Assembly: GCA_050331235.1 (NCBI GenBank)
Contig: JBHJHA010000015.1
Location: 1-64,000, forward strand
Length of the DNA: 64,000 nt
From: Leptolyngbyaceae cyanobacterium
GTDB lineage: Bacteria > Cyanobacteriota > Cyanobacteriia > Phormidesmidales > Phormidesmidaceae
Reading direction: 5' to 3'
Shown piece by piece: positions 43,094 to 53,197 of this stretch. A model generated the notes under the pieces. It saw nothing but the letters and a program-made list of their open reading frames with translations. It searched no databases and had not been told where the DNA came from. A program made the position numbers and the translations under genes. Numbering within the stretch: position 1 is the stretch's first letter; each line of letters starts with the position of its first letter.

Positions 43094-44110
43094 TTAACTC
43101 GAGACTGGCGCAATCAACCGAAAGCCAATATGGGTTGTTCCCGTGTCGGGGGCTTGGGATTCTCGGGCGGCTGGTCGGTAACGGCTGCAATAGTTTTTAG
43201 CGCAAAGATAGGACCCCCCCTTAATCACGTGTACGGCCCCGTCCGCTGGCTTTTTGGGGTCGTAGCTAATGGCCCGATCCGGGCCCGTGGGGTCGGTCTT
43301 GTTGGCTTTGCCGGTGTGCTTGACGGTAAACCAATCGGTGGTCAGCTCCCACACGTTGCCCGTCATGTCGTAAAGGCCATAGCCATTGGGCGGGTAAGAC
43401 ATCACGGGAGCTGTCCCTAAGTAGCGATCTGCTTGGGTATTGAAAAAGGGGAACAGCCCCTGCCAAGTGTTGGCGCGGTCTGCCCGGTATTGCTCTCCCC
43501 AGGTATAGGTTTGCCCTGCTTGCCCGCCGCGGGCTGCATATTCCCATTGGGCTTCGGTGGGGAGCGATCGCCCCAGCCAGTCGGCGTAGGCCACGGCATC
43601 TTCATAGGCAATGTGCACCACGGGGTGATCGGCCTTGCCCTCAAGGGTGCTGTCAGGCCCAAAAGGGTGTTGCCAGTCGGCACCGGGGGTCCAGTGCCAC
43701 CAGCTTAAGTAGGCCACCTGCTCAATGCCTGCCGCCGGTGGTTCAAAAACTAGTGAGCCCGGGATCCTTTGGGCGTCTGGCAAATCGGGAAACTGAGCTT
43801 TGGAGAGCGGTCGTTCGGCCACGGTAGTGTAGCCTGTCGCGGAGACAAAGGCGGCAAAGTCAGCGTTAGTGACCTCATGAGTTGCCATGCAAAAGCTGCT
43901 GACAGTGACATTGGCAGCGGTTTCTTCTTCCACAAAATCGGGATTGTCAGACCCCATGGTAAAGGTGCCCCCCGGAATCAACGCCATGCCATCGGGACAG
44001 TGGAGCGCAGTCGGGGCCGCGATCGCAGGCGCTACCAACCCCAGCCAGAGACTCAGACATCCCCCTAGGAATAACCATTGGCATTGATCAAAAGCACGTT
44101 TCAAAGTCAC
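43094..44110 (-). CDS. Formylglycine-generating enzyme (SUMF1/FGE-sulfatase family) with signal peptide
   Basis: IPGGTFTMGS, HPVVH, LPTEAQWEYAARGG, GLYDMTGNVWE, KGGSYLCAKNYCSRYRPAAR, HIGFR; N-terminal hydrophobic segment ending AIA-A. Confidence 0.9.
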   Translation of the reverse strand: MTLKRAFDQCQWLFLGGCLSLWLGLVAPAIAAPTALHCPDGMALIPGGTFTMGSDNPDFVEEETAANVTVSSFCMATHEVTNADFAAFVSATGYTTVAERPLSKAQFPDLPDAQRIPGSLVFEPPAAGIEQVAYLSWWHWTPGADWQHPFGPDSTLEGKADHPVVHIAYEDAVAYADWLGRSLPTEAQWEYAARGGQAGQTYTWGEQYRADRANTWQGLFPFFNTQADRYLGTAPVMSYPPNGYGLYDMTGNVWELTTDWFTVKHTGKANKTDPTGPDRAISYDPKKPADGAVHVIKGGSYLCAKNYCSRYRPAARESQAPDTGTTHIGFRLIAPVSS

Positions 44111-44254
44111 TGATATCTACCTGGGCGTCCGACCGACCTGACTAGGTTGGAATCTTAGAAGAGTGACGTTAAGAGTTCACTAAGCTGCTGCTCCGATGGC
44201 TGTGTCACGGGCGGGGGCAATTCAAGCATGAGCCCAGCCAGCGGCGCTCAAGGT

Positions 44255-45220
44255 TTAGCGACGGCGCTTTAGGGTTTGTCGGGGCGTCTCGTCAAACATC
44301 GCTGCATAGGCTTTGGCAAAGTGGCCGAGGCTGTGAAAGCCCCACAGGTGTGCAATATTTGTCACCGTCTCATAGTGCGGATCACCCCGTAATAAAGCAT
44401 TGCGGACCCCATTAAGTCGTTGGTATTTGAGATAAGTCATGGGGCCCATGCCAAAAATTTCTTGAAAGCCATAGCTGAGCGATCGCCGACTAGCGCAGAC
44501 CGCATCACTCAGGTCAGCCAAGGTAATGGGGCGATGCAGATTACTTCGCATGTAGTCTCTAGCAGATTCGATGATTTCGGCTCGACGTAAAGGCTTCAGG
44601 CATTTCGCTGAGGTTGATGTGTGTAGCGTATCCATGAGCAAGGGCAGCAAATCACCCCGAATTAGCCCCGTGGTTTCTGGCGACTGGGCATAGTGGGGCT
44701 GATGGTGCAACACAGCGACTAACTGCTGTAAATACTGGCGATAACCAATCATGGGATCGGTATTCAGCTCAACGATATTACGTCGCAGAAAGGCTGTATC
44801 TAGCCCATCTTGACCCCTTCGCTCGATCAGACTGTGAAATAGAGTCTGATTAACCTGCACAACGACCAGTTCAAATCCTTGCTCGGCGGTGGCCACATTG
44901 GTCTCGCGCTGTAGGTCAAAGCCAAAAATGCAGTTGGTCGATATCGGTGTCGCGTGGGCATGGTGTGAGCGGTGGTCTGGACCTAAGAAGGTGGCAAAGG
45001 GTAAGACCTCATTGGGTTTTTGACCCATAATCTCGACTCTACTGTTGAACTTAAGCCATAGGACTGAGCATTGCCGCAAATCAAACCGCATGACCTGCGC
45101 CGCAAAATTGTTCGGCTCAAGTTGCGTAAACACTAGTCCCCATTCTCGAAATGCCGCCGCACATTGATCAGCGTCGTGAAAGTCGAAGCTTTGCAAGGGG
45201 CTGTTCGAATGCATTGACAT
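44255..45220 (-). CDS. AraC-family transcriptional regulator (EutR-like)
   Basis: C-terminal HTH SRRSLSYGFQEIFGMGP..YL...RL, VTNIAHLWGF..LGHFAK.Y..MFDETP. Confidence 0.9.
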   Translation of the reverse strand: MSMHSNSPLQSFDFHDADQCAAAFREWGLVFTQLEPNNFAAQVMRFDLRQCSVLWLKFNSRVEIMGQKPNEVLPFATFLGPDHRSHHAHATPISTNCIFGFDLQRETNVATAEQGFELVVVQVNQTLFHSLIERRGQDGLDTAFLRRNIVELNTDPMIGYRQYLQQLVAVLHHQPHYAQSPETTGLIRGDLLPLLMDTLHTSTSAKCLKPLRRAEIIESARDYMRSNLHRPITLADLSDAVCASRRSLSYGFQEIFGMGPMTYLKYQRLNGVRNALLRGDPHYETVTNIAHLWGFHSLGHFAKAYAAMFDETPRQTLKRRR

Positions 45221-45633
45221 GCTCAGAAATTGCTCGGTGCGATGAACTGTAGGCTATCTTGTCCCAGACTTTCAACCGGATAAACAGATTCAGTTGGTCC
45301 GCGGCTCCACCTGAAGATAGGCTTCAGCAATATTGCACAAATCGTATATTGCCAAATCTAGCTAGACGCTGATAGCGATTCTAAAGCAGAGGCCCATGAG
45401 CGCAAAAACCCATTCTCAAGTTAGCCCCTGATTTTCGTTACATATTGATACACCCCGCAGTTCACTGATATTTGGCTGACTTCTACGTTCTTTTGCTATG
45501 CGCAGCTCGCTTCCTCGCGTTCTTTAATCGCAGCTTAAAAGAGTCGCTTTAGCTTGAGAGCTTGAGATTGCCATATCTAGAAGACCTGGATTTTGGCTCT
45601 ATCAAAATCCGTTGTTACACATGTGAAACGTTT

Positions 45634-47307
45634 ATGCTGCAGAGTTTTCATCATCCGAATCAGCTTCGGACCTGGTTGAAAAGGTCAGCTGCGATCGCCC
45701 TCACGGCTACCTTTCTCTTCGTGGGAAATTTGTCTTGGAGCAGTCCTGCGATCGCCGCGACGTATTCGTCCTATGGCGAGGCCAAAGCCGCGACCACCAG
45801 CACCTCTGAAAAACCCAATATCATCGTGATTTGGGGTGACGACATCGGGCAAAGTGACATCAGTGCCTATACAAAAGGTCTGATGGGCTTCCGGACTCCC
45901 AACATTGACCGCGTTGCTGATGAGGGGATGATCTTTACCGACTATTATGCAGAGCAGAGCTGTACAGCTGGTCGGTCAGCTTTCATTACTGGCCAGACTG
46001 TATTTCGCACGGGCTTGAGCAAGGTCGGTCTCCCCGGCGCAGACTTGGGGCTCAGGGCCGAAGATCCCACCATTGCCGAACTGTTGAAAGAACAGGGCTA
46101 CAACACCGCCCAGTTTGGTAAAAACCACTTGGGTGATAAGGATGAGTTTTTGCCGACAGCCCACGGCTTTGATGAGTTCTACGGCAACCTTTATCACTTA
46201 AACGCCGAAGAAGAGCCGGAACTACGGGACTATCCGCCTGCTGATCGATTCCCCAACTTTAAGAAAAAGTACGGCCCCCGGGGCGTGCTGCATAGCTTTG
46301 CCAAAGCGAATGGTAGTCAGGAAATCGAAGATACCGGCCCGCTCACCAAAAAGCGCATGGAAACTATCGACGACGATATTGCTGATCGCTCGGTGGAATA
46401 CATCAAACAACAAGCCTCGACAGGCGAGCCCTTCTTCCTGTGGACCAACTTTACCCACATGCACTTCCGCACTCACACTAAGCCCGAAAGCTTGGGGCAA
46501 TCTGGTCTCTGGCAGTCTTTCTACCATGACACCATGATTGACCACGACAAAAACGTGGGTCAGGTGTTGGATGCGATTGATGAAGCCGGCATTGCTGATA
46601 ACACCATCGTGATTTACAGCACCGATAACGGCCCCCACATGAACTCTTGGCCGGATGCGGCAATGACCCCCTTCCGTAGTGAGAAGGATACGGGTTGGGA
46701 AGGCGCTTTCCGGGTGCCGGCGATGGTGCGCTGGCCGGGACACATCGAGGCTGGCAGTGTCTCTAACGGCATTGTCTCTCACCTTGACTGGATGCCGACC
46801 TTTCTGGCGGCAGCAGGGGTTCCCGATGTGAAGGAAAAATTGCTGAATGGCTACAAAGCTGATGGCAAGCGCTTTAAGGTGCATCTGGATGGGTACAACG
46901 TTCTGCCCTATCTAACCGGCGAAGAGAAAGAATCTCCCCGAGAATCGATCTTCTACTTCTCGGATGACGGCGATCTACTGGCCCTGCGGTATGACAACTG
47001 GAAGATGCATTTTGCGCAGCAGCGGACCCCTGGCACTCTGGATATTTGGGCAGAGCCCTTTACTGAGCTCCGGGTACCTTTCATCTACAACCTGCGGACG
47101 GATCCCTACGAGAAAGCTAGCATCACATCCAACACCTACTTTGATTGGATGATTGATCACGTTTACCTGTTGACTCCGGCGCAGCAATATGTGGGTGAAT
47201 TCCTGGAAACCTTCAAGGAATATCCGCCGCGCCAGAAAGCTGCTAGTTTCTCCGTTGATCAGGTCCTAGAGAAGCTCGAAAACGGTGCAGTTGGCGCTGC
47301 CTCGTAG
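45634..47307 (+). CDS. Exported Cys-type (formylglycine-dependent) arylsulfatase-family protein
   Basis: PNIIVIWGDD, SCTAGRSAFITG, GKNHLG, STDNG; signal-like N-terminus ending AIA-A; ATG at 45634. Confidence 0.9.
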   Translation: MLQSFHHPNQLRTWLKRSAAIALTATFLFVGNLSWSSPAIAATYSSYGEAKAATTSTSEKPNIIVIWGDDIGQSDISAYTKGLMGFRTPNIDRVADEGMIFTDYYAEQSCTAGRSAFITGQTVFRTGLSKVGLPGADLGLRAEDPTIAELLKEQGYNTAQFGKNHLGDKDEFLPTAHGFDEFYGNLYHLNAEEEPELRDYPPADRFPNFKKKYGPRGVLHSFAKANGSQEIEDTGPLTKKRMETIDDDIADRSVEYIKQQASTGEPFFLWTNFTHMHFRTHTKPESLGQSGLWQSFYHDTMIDHDKNVGQVLDAIDEAGIADNTIVIYSTDNGPHMNSWPDAAMTPFRSEKDTGWEGAFRVPAMVRWPGHIEAGSVSNGIVSHLDWMPTFLAAAGVPDVKEKLLNGYKADGKRFKVHLDGYNVLPYLTGEEKESPRESIFYFSDDGDLLALRYDNWKMHFAQQRTPGTLDIWAEPFTELRVPFIYNLRTDPYEKASITSNTYFDWMIDHVYLLTPAQQYVGEFLETFKEYPPRQKAASFSVDQVLEKLENGAVGAAS

Positions 47308-47488
47308 GACGGGCGAGATTCTGGGCTATTCTGGCCACTGTTTTTCCAACAGTAGTCGATAGGAACGGCCCAAACCCTCCATATTGCCTGGGGTAGAGAC
47401 GAAAGTTGTCTCTACCCCTTTTGTCACATAGGGTCAATTTCTTTTGGCTTTTGGACTCGCTTTGACTGACGATTAATTGCTGGTTTGA

Positions 47489-49948
47489 ATGAAATCTTCC
47501 GTTACTGCAACCATCATTCTGTTTTTCTCGGGGCTGGCAGCCCTGATTTATCAAACCATTTGGATTAAGCAACTGGCACTCGTGGTGGGTGTTGAGGTCT
47601 ATGCTGTCACCATTGGCATCAGTGCATTCTTTACTGGGCTAGCACTGGGCAATTTATGGATTGGCCGCTGGACCGATCGCAGCAAAACTCCTTTGAGACT
47701 CTATGCGGGTTTAGAGTTCGGCATTGCTATTACAGGAGTTGCCACCACCTGGACCTTGGCCCATAGCGATCGCCTTTTTGTCTCCCTGCAAGACACCGTC
47801 GGATTCTTGGCCTGGGGCTGGCCTTTGTTGTTGGTTGGTATTCCCGCAACGCTGATGGGGGGCACATTGGTAGCGTTGCTGAGAGCCTGTGAACCCGCCG
47901 AGGAGTTGGTCGGGCGCACCGCTGGGCTGCTCTATGCTGCCAATACCGCTGGCGCGATCGCCGGCACCTTAATCACCGCTTTTTACCTGATTGTCAATTT
48001 AGGTATCCAACACACAGCCTGGGCTGCCGCCACTATTAATATCATTCTGGCGCTAGCTGCCCTTTCACTTCAGTCCGTGTGGCAACCCGCAGTACCTTCT
48101 CCCAATCTCTTGGCAAAACCTCAGCAGCGGGTGTCTTTGGCTTTAGTGCTGTACGCGATCGCTGGAGGACTGGCGCTGGGCTATGAGGTCATTTGGACCC
48201 AAGCCATTGTGCAGTTTTTGAGCACGCGAGCCTACGCCTTCGCCGTCATCCTCGCGACCTATTTATTGGGCCTAACGTTGGGCAGCTGGGTGATCTCGTT
48301 TTGGAGCGATCGCCTGCGTTATCCCTGGGTGGTATTTGGCAGTTTGATTGCTAGTGCGGGCATCTTTGCCTTGGCTAGCTTTACCTTCACAGATATTTGG
48401 CTGCTCAAAGCTCAGCATGATTGGGGGCTATGGGCCTGGCAACTGACCCACAACCGCATGGCCATGAAACTCACCACTTTTGCTGTGGCCACAGGTGTCT
48501 TTGTCTTACTGCCCACCCTTTGCTTAGGCGCTGCCTATCCCCTGGCGATTCGGCTGGTAACCCGCACTCAGCATGTTGGAAAAGACACAGGCTTGCTGAC
48601 GGCGTTAAATACGCTGGGGGGTATCGTGGGGACGGGAGTGACCGGATTTCTCTTGGTGCCCCATTTAGGACTTGTCCACAGTATGGTCTTATTGGCAGGG
48701 GTCGCGACAATCGTAGGGGCGATCGCCGTTCTACAAGCAGCGACGGGACCTGCGAGCAAAGTCGCCATTGGTACCGCTGTAGTCGCGGTGATGGGGTTGG
48801 CAGTCATCACCCCAGCCGACAACTTTGCCCAAATGCTGACGATTCAACATCCCGGCAAATTGCTGTTTCATCAAGAAAGCGCCGGTAATACCGTTGCTGT
48901 GATTGAGCAGCCCACCTCCCAAGGCTCATTTCATCGACTGTATATTCAGGGTGTCTCCAATACGGGCGATGTCTTCCCTTCTCTGCGCTACATGCGATTG
49001 CAGGCGCTATTGCCGTTGATCATTCATTCCGGGCAGCCTCGATCGGCCATGGTGGTGGGGCTGGGCTCTGGCATCACGAGTGGTTCGCTGTTGACCTACC
49101 CTGACCTAGAGGAGCAAGTCACCTACGAGCTACTACCCCCGGTAATCGAAGCGGCTCAAACATTTGATGGCAATTTTGAGGTGACGCGCAATCCTCGGGC
49201 GACGATTGAAATTAGTGATGGTCGCCATGAGCTTTTGCGGACTCAAAAGCAATTTGATCTCATTACATTGGAGCCTCCCCCACCTTCTGCCTCTGGAGTC
49301 GTGAACTTGTACTCTCGTGACTTTTACGAACTGGCAAAATCGAAGCTAGCTCCCGATGGCTTATTTGCCCAATGGTGGCCACTAGCTACCCAAAATGATG
49401 CTGATTCGCGATCGTTGGCACGCAGTATGCTCGATGCGTTTCCCTATGTCACGGTATGGAGTACCGAGTTTCACGAAATGATGCTGATCGGTTCCATGTG
49501 CCCTCTAGAGCTGCAGCCTGAGCAGATCCGCGAGCGGTTTGCCATTCCCTCGATTCAAACGGCGCTAACCGAAATTGGGATCCAATCACCTCAGGCCTTA
49601 CTGGCCACCTATGTCACCGATCGCACTGGCCTGGAGAGCTATGTACAGGATGCGCCTGCGGTTACCGATGACCGCCCTTTGATCGAATATGCCGACTGGG
49701 TGCGCCCCGGAGAAATTGCTCGGGTATTGCCAGAAGTCATGAAAACAAATACTGTAGTGCCGCTACCCAAAGATGATCCTTGGCAGGCTGAAATTAATCA
49801 GGAACGATACAACCTGTCACGTTTGTATAAAGCCCAATTGTCCTTATACGAAGGGGAAGACAATGACTGGTATTACCAAATTGTCGAAGTGTTGGAGGCC
49901 GACCCCGACAATGCTTACTATCGATGGATGTTCAAAGAAAGTACCTAA
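47489..49948 (+). CDS. Multi-TM membrane protein fused to a spermidine-synthase-like Rossmann domain
   Basis: Two TM repeats (SGLAALIYQTIW / AGGLALGYEVIW), LYAANTAGAI.G, then VVGLGSG, DGRH, DLITLEPPPP. Confidence 0.8.
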   Translation: MKSSVTATIILFFSGLAALIYQTIWIKQLALVVGVEVYAVTIGISAFFTGLALGNLWIGRWTDRSKTPLRLYAGLEFGIAITGVATTWTLAHSDRLFVSLQDTVGFLAWGWPLLLVGIPATLMGGTLVALLRACEPAEELVGRTAGLLYAANTAGAIAGTLITAFYLIVNLGIQHTAWAAATINIILALAALSLQSVWQPAVPSPNLLAKPQQRVSLALVLYAIAGGLALGYEVIWTQAIVQFLSTRAYAFAVILATYLLGLTLGSWVISFWSDRLRYPWVVFGSLIASAGIFALASFTFTDIWLLKAQHDWGLWAWQLTHNRMAMKLTTFAVATGVFVLLPTLCLGAAYPLAIRLVTRTQHVGKDTGLLTALNTLGGIVGTGVTGFLLVPHLGLVHSMVLLAGVATIVGAIAVLQAATGPASKVAIGTAVVAVMGLAVITPADNFAQMLTIQHPGKLLFHQESAGNTVAVIEQPTSQGSFHRLYIQGVSNTGDVFPSLRYMRLQALLPLIIHSGQPRSAMVVGLGSGITSGSLLTYPDLEEQVTYELLPPVIEAAQTFDGNFEVTRNPRATIEISDGRHELLRTQKQFDLITLEPPPPSASGVVNLYSRDFYELAKSKLAPDGLFAQWWPLATQNDADSRSLARSMLDAFPYVTVWSTEFHEMMLIGSMCPLELQPEQIRERFAIPSIQTALTEIGIQSPQALLATYVTDRTGLESYVQDAPAVTDDRPLIEYADWVRPGEIARVLPEVMKTNTVVPLPKDDPWQAEINQERYNLSRLYKAQLSLYEGEDNDWYYQIVEVLEADPDNAYYRWMFKEST

Positions 49949-50324
49949 TCCTCGGGATTGATCATCAGCTCAAATCAGCAGAAGCAAGCGCCGAGTTGTG
50001 GCAAGTCAGGGTGGCGACTATTTGCCGTTGGCGAAATCGGCCTTCTTTAACGCCCACCTTGAAGAAGACTTTGGCCCGTGCCCCCGCAAGGCACCACGCT
50101 GGATAAAGTCGTCGCTAACTATCGATGTGCCTGACGCTAGTCCGATTCTTATTCTTAAGTAGAATCACATAGATCGGGCGATCGCGGCGACAGATGCCGC
50201 CAGTCGAGATAATGTACCCAAAAAAACAGATGGGATTTCACAGCTGAAGGAAACTTCGCAAATGACAGAGGTGAGAGCGGTGCCAATCCCTTGAAGCGCT
50301 CCACCGTATGCTTGCTCGACAGCC

Positions 50325-51110
50325 TCAATCCGCTTTGAACAAGCGCCCGACGGCGGTGGTCAAAAATTCACGGGGCACGAAGCGCCCAGCATTGACTAAA
50401 ATCTGATTTCTCAATCCCCCTGTCACCACATTAGAATCCCCGCGATCAAGGGCCGCTAGCGCTTGCTGTACCACCGTTTCGGGTGAGGCTAAACTGTCTT
50501 GTCCAGGAATATTTTCCATGGAAGTGGGAAAGTCCGCGGTTTTGAAAAATTCCGTCTCTGTGGGACCAGGACAAACGCCCAGCACCTTGATCTTGTAAGG
50601 GCTGCATTCAAACCACAGCGATTCGCTAAAGCTGAGCACAAAGGATTTAGTGGCGGCATACACTGCAAAGTAGGGAATCGGTTGGAAAGCTGCGGTGGAG
50701 CTGATATTCAAAATGCTGCCGGACTGCCGAGCCTTCATGCCTGCGAGGGCGCGATAGGTGAGCTCAACCAGGACGCTCACATTGAGCTGGATCATGTTGA
50801 GATAGGCGCTGAGGTCGCCTGCGGCCAGCTCCCCGTATACTCCAAATCCAGCATTGTTAATCAGCATATCGAGCTCGATGCCCTGTTGCCCAAGCTGGGT
50901 AAATATGGTCTCGGCGGCGTGATCAGCCAGCAAATCCTGCACGATGACGGTGCTCTGGATGTGGTGAGCTTGGCTGAGGCGATCGCCAATGGCCTGCAAT
51001 TTGTCTTGGGAGCGAGCTACCAAAACGAGGTCGTAGCCTTTCTTGGCCAACTGTTCTGCAAAGGTGGCGCCAATGCCGGACGAAGCGCCTGTAATAAGTG
51101 CTGTTGTCAT
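50325..51110 (-). CDS. SDR-family oxidoreductase
   Basis: TGASSGIG, NNAG, YAATK. Confidence 0.93.
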   Translation of the reverse strand: MTTALITGASSGIGATFAEQLAKKGYDLVLVARSQDKLQAIGDRLSQAHHIQSTVIVQDLLADHAAETIFTQLGQQGIELDMLINNAGFGVYGELAAGDLSAYLNMIQLNVSVLVELTYRALAGMKARQSGSILNISSTAAFQPIPYFAVYAATKSFVLSFSESLWFECSPYKIKVLGVCPGPTETEFFKTADFPTSMENIPGQDSLASPETVVQQALAALDRGDSNVVTGGLRNQILVNAGRFVPREFLTTAVGRLFKAD

Positions 51111-51231
51111 ATTTGAGATGTTTTCTCAACCTTTTGACTGTAGGCTCAAAAGGGAGAAATGCAAGTCTACCGGAAGTCAGACTTTGAAGGTTGCCACGGG
51201 CTTGTAAGGCAAAGGGCTGACAGATATTTCT

Positions 51232-53010
51232 ATGCTGACGCTAACCCAGGTTTGGGGTGCACTCTTGATCTTAGTCCTTGGACCACTGGTGGGTGCCCTG
51301 CCGCTGAGTCATTGGGTGACTTATTCCTTGGCTGGGACGCGATCGCGCACGCTACCGCCTGGCAATGTGGGGGTACCCGTGGCGTTTGCGGTGGGGGGCA
51401 CGCTGGCGGGCGGTCTCGCCCTGCTGCTAGAGGCGGCCAAGGGCGTGGGTGTTGTATGGCTAGCGCGCTACTACTTTCCGACCGACGCCACTTGGGAGGT
51501 GGTGGCGCTAATGGCGTTGGTCATGGGGCGTTACTGGTCGGCCAAGGCCGTGGGGACGACCAGCGTGCTCTGGGGGGCGATCGCCCATCGCCCGGTTACA
51601 GCTGGACTCACCTTACTCGTCAGCTTTTTAGGCTTTACGATCTTTCGGGAACGGCAGCAGGGGCGCTGGCTGGTCTTGATTTTGTTTCCGCTGATGACAG
51701 CGCTCAATCAAGCCAGCGGCATGCAAGTTTTGATGACGGTCTGCTTGAGCGGACTGATCGGGTGGATTTACCAAACCATTCCAGAAGACTTGGAGGTGCC
51801 CACGCCGGCTACTCGCTTGGAGTCACGCCGCTTGTTTGGGTTCTTTCGCAGCGATCGCGCATTGCTGTCCCTCGCTCAACCCTTGGATGCCGCAACTGCC
51901 GGGAGTCAAGCGGCTCACTTATCCCAGCTCATGGCGGCGGGGTATCCCGTGCCCCAGGGCTATGTGCTGCCTGCTGGCGATGATCCGACTATGCTGCTGG
52001 AGATTACTCAGCCTACGGTCGCAGCGCCGGTGACCGTGCAGCCATCGCTAATGAGTGACGTCCCGGCGATCGCGGCCAGTGCGGGTCAATACTTTACCCA
52101 GTCGGACATTACCTCGCCCGAGGCGCTATATGTCGCCATCAATCGTTGCTTTAGCACCTACGACCAGCCCCATGCTCGGCAATATCGGCGCGATCGCGAT
52201 TTGCCCGAGGGCGGTTTAGCCGTTTTGGTACAGCAGCAAGTCCTAAGCCTGTGCGGTGGGGTAGCCGCCAGCCGTGCTCCCTTTACTGGGCAGGGGGATG
52301 CCGTCATCATCGAGGCGCTCCTAGGACCGAGTACTCAAGTGACGGCCGGTCAGCGGTTACCCGAACGCTACGAAGTGACCGTACAGGTAGACGATTTGCC
52401 GAGCGATCGTGCTGATGCCGAGGGTTGGCAGCTACCTGAGGCCCTGACGCTAACGGTCACGGGCACAGGCGAGGTGCCACACCGGCTGCTGCAGGCAGTT
52501 GCCTTTTTAGCCCGTCATTTAGAACGGCAGTCCCATGGCATTCCCCAACTGGTGGAGTGGAGTTTTGATGGCGATCGCCTGTGGCTATTGCGCAGTCGTC
52601 CCCAAATCCCCACGGCTGCCCTGCCTGACGAGCGGGCTGCTGCCCTGCCCGGCACGGGAGATGTCGATGTTTCCACTACTCCCCTCCGGTCGGCCATTAC
52701 TGGGTTACCCGTCTGTCCAGGAACCGTGATGGGTCAGGTACATGTCCTGCAAGCGTTGAAAGATGTGCAAACCCTGCCCGCTGAAAGTATTTTGGTGGTG
52801 CCTTATCTTAAGGCCAGCGAGCTGCCTGCGATCGCTCAGACGGGGGTGAAAGGACTCATTGCTGAAGCCGGAGGACAACTTTCTGATGGCGCGATCACAG
52901 CCCGAGAATATGGCTTGCCCACGGTCATCCTGCCACATCGGCAAAATCACTTAGTTGCCCGACAGAGAGTCCGCCTCAATGGCGCGATTGGCTCAGTAGA
53001 ATTGCTGTGA
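51232..53010 (+). CDS. PlsY-like membrane domain fused to degenerate PPDK/PEP-synthase ATP-grasp and swivel domains
   Basis: N-terminal GNVG..A...GG and EAAKG (PlsY-like); GYPVPQG, SAGQY, LVQQQ, VEWSFDG.RLWLLRSRP; C-terminal GGQLSDGAITAREYGLP. Confidence 0.75.
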   Translation: MLTLTQVWGALLILVLGPLVGALPLSHWVTYSLAGTRSRTLPPGNVGVPVAFAVGGTLAGGLALLLEAAKGVGVVWLARYYFPTDATWEVVALMALVMGRYWSAKAVGTTSVLWGAIAHRPVTAGLTLLVSFLGFTIFRERQQGRWLVLILFPLMTALNQASGMQVLMTVCLSGLIGWIYQTIPEDLEVPTPATRLESRRLFGFFRSDRALLSLAQPLDAATAGSQAAHLSQLMAAGYPVPQGYVLPAGDDPTMLLEITQPTVAAPVTVQPSLMSDVPAIAASAGQYFTQSDITSPEALYVAINRCFSTYDQPHARQYRRDRDLPEGGLAVLVQQQVLSLCGGVAASRAPFTGQGDAVIIEALLGPSTQVTAGQRLPERYEVTVQVDDLPSDRADAEGWQLPEALTLTVTGTGEVPHRLLQAVAFLARHLERQSHGIPQLVEWSFDGDRLWLLRSRPQIPTAALPDERAAALPGTGDVDVSTTPLRSAITGLPVCPGTVMGQVHVLQALKDVQTLPAESILVVPYLKASELPAIAQTGVKGLIAEAGGQLSDGAITAREYGLPTVILPHRQNHLVARQRVRLNGAIGSVELL

Positions 53011-53197
53011 TTCTTATGGGTTTGAGCATTTTCATAAAGTTTTCATGAAATGGCTCTGTAATGTTTCAGAAAAGCCACATCAGATGTTCAAAAATGGGAA
53101 CTGTAAAAACACCTTGCTGAAAATTTAATCGTCACCCATTTCCTGATTAATCATCTCTCCCTCCAAATTAAATACCAGCTAGGAGTAAATCAGCGGC

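Noticed and set aside
46222..46884. 220-aa antisense ORF within the sulfatase
   Set aside because: Codon-bias shadow with no motifs.
50499..51116. 205-aa antisense ORF over the SDR gene
   Set aside because: Antisense open frames are common opposite conserved genes; no independent evidence.
51159..51983. 274-aa alternate-frame ORF overlapping the PlsY-PPDK gene
   Set aside because: Gly/Arg/Ala-rich off-frame translation of GC-rich coding DNA.
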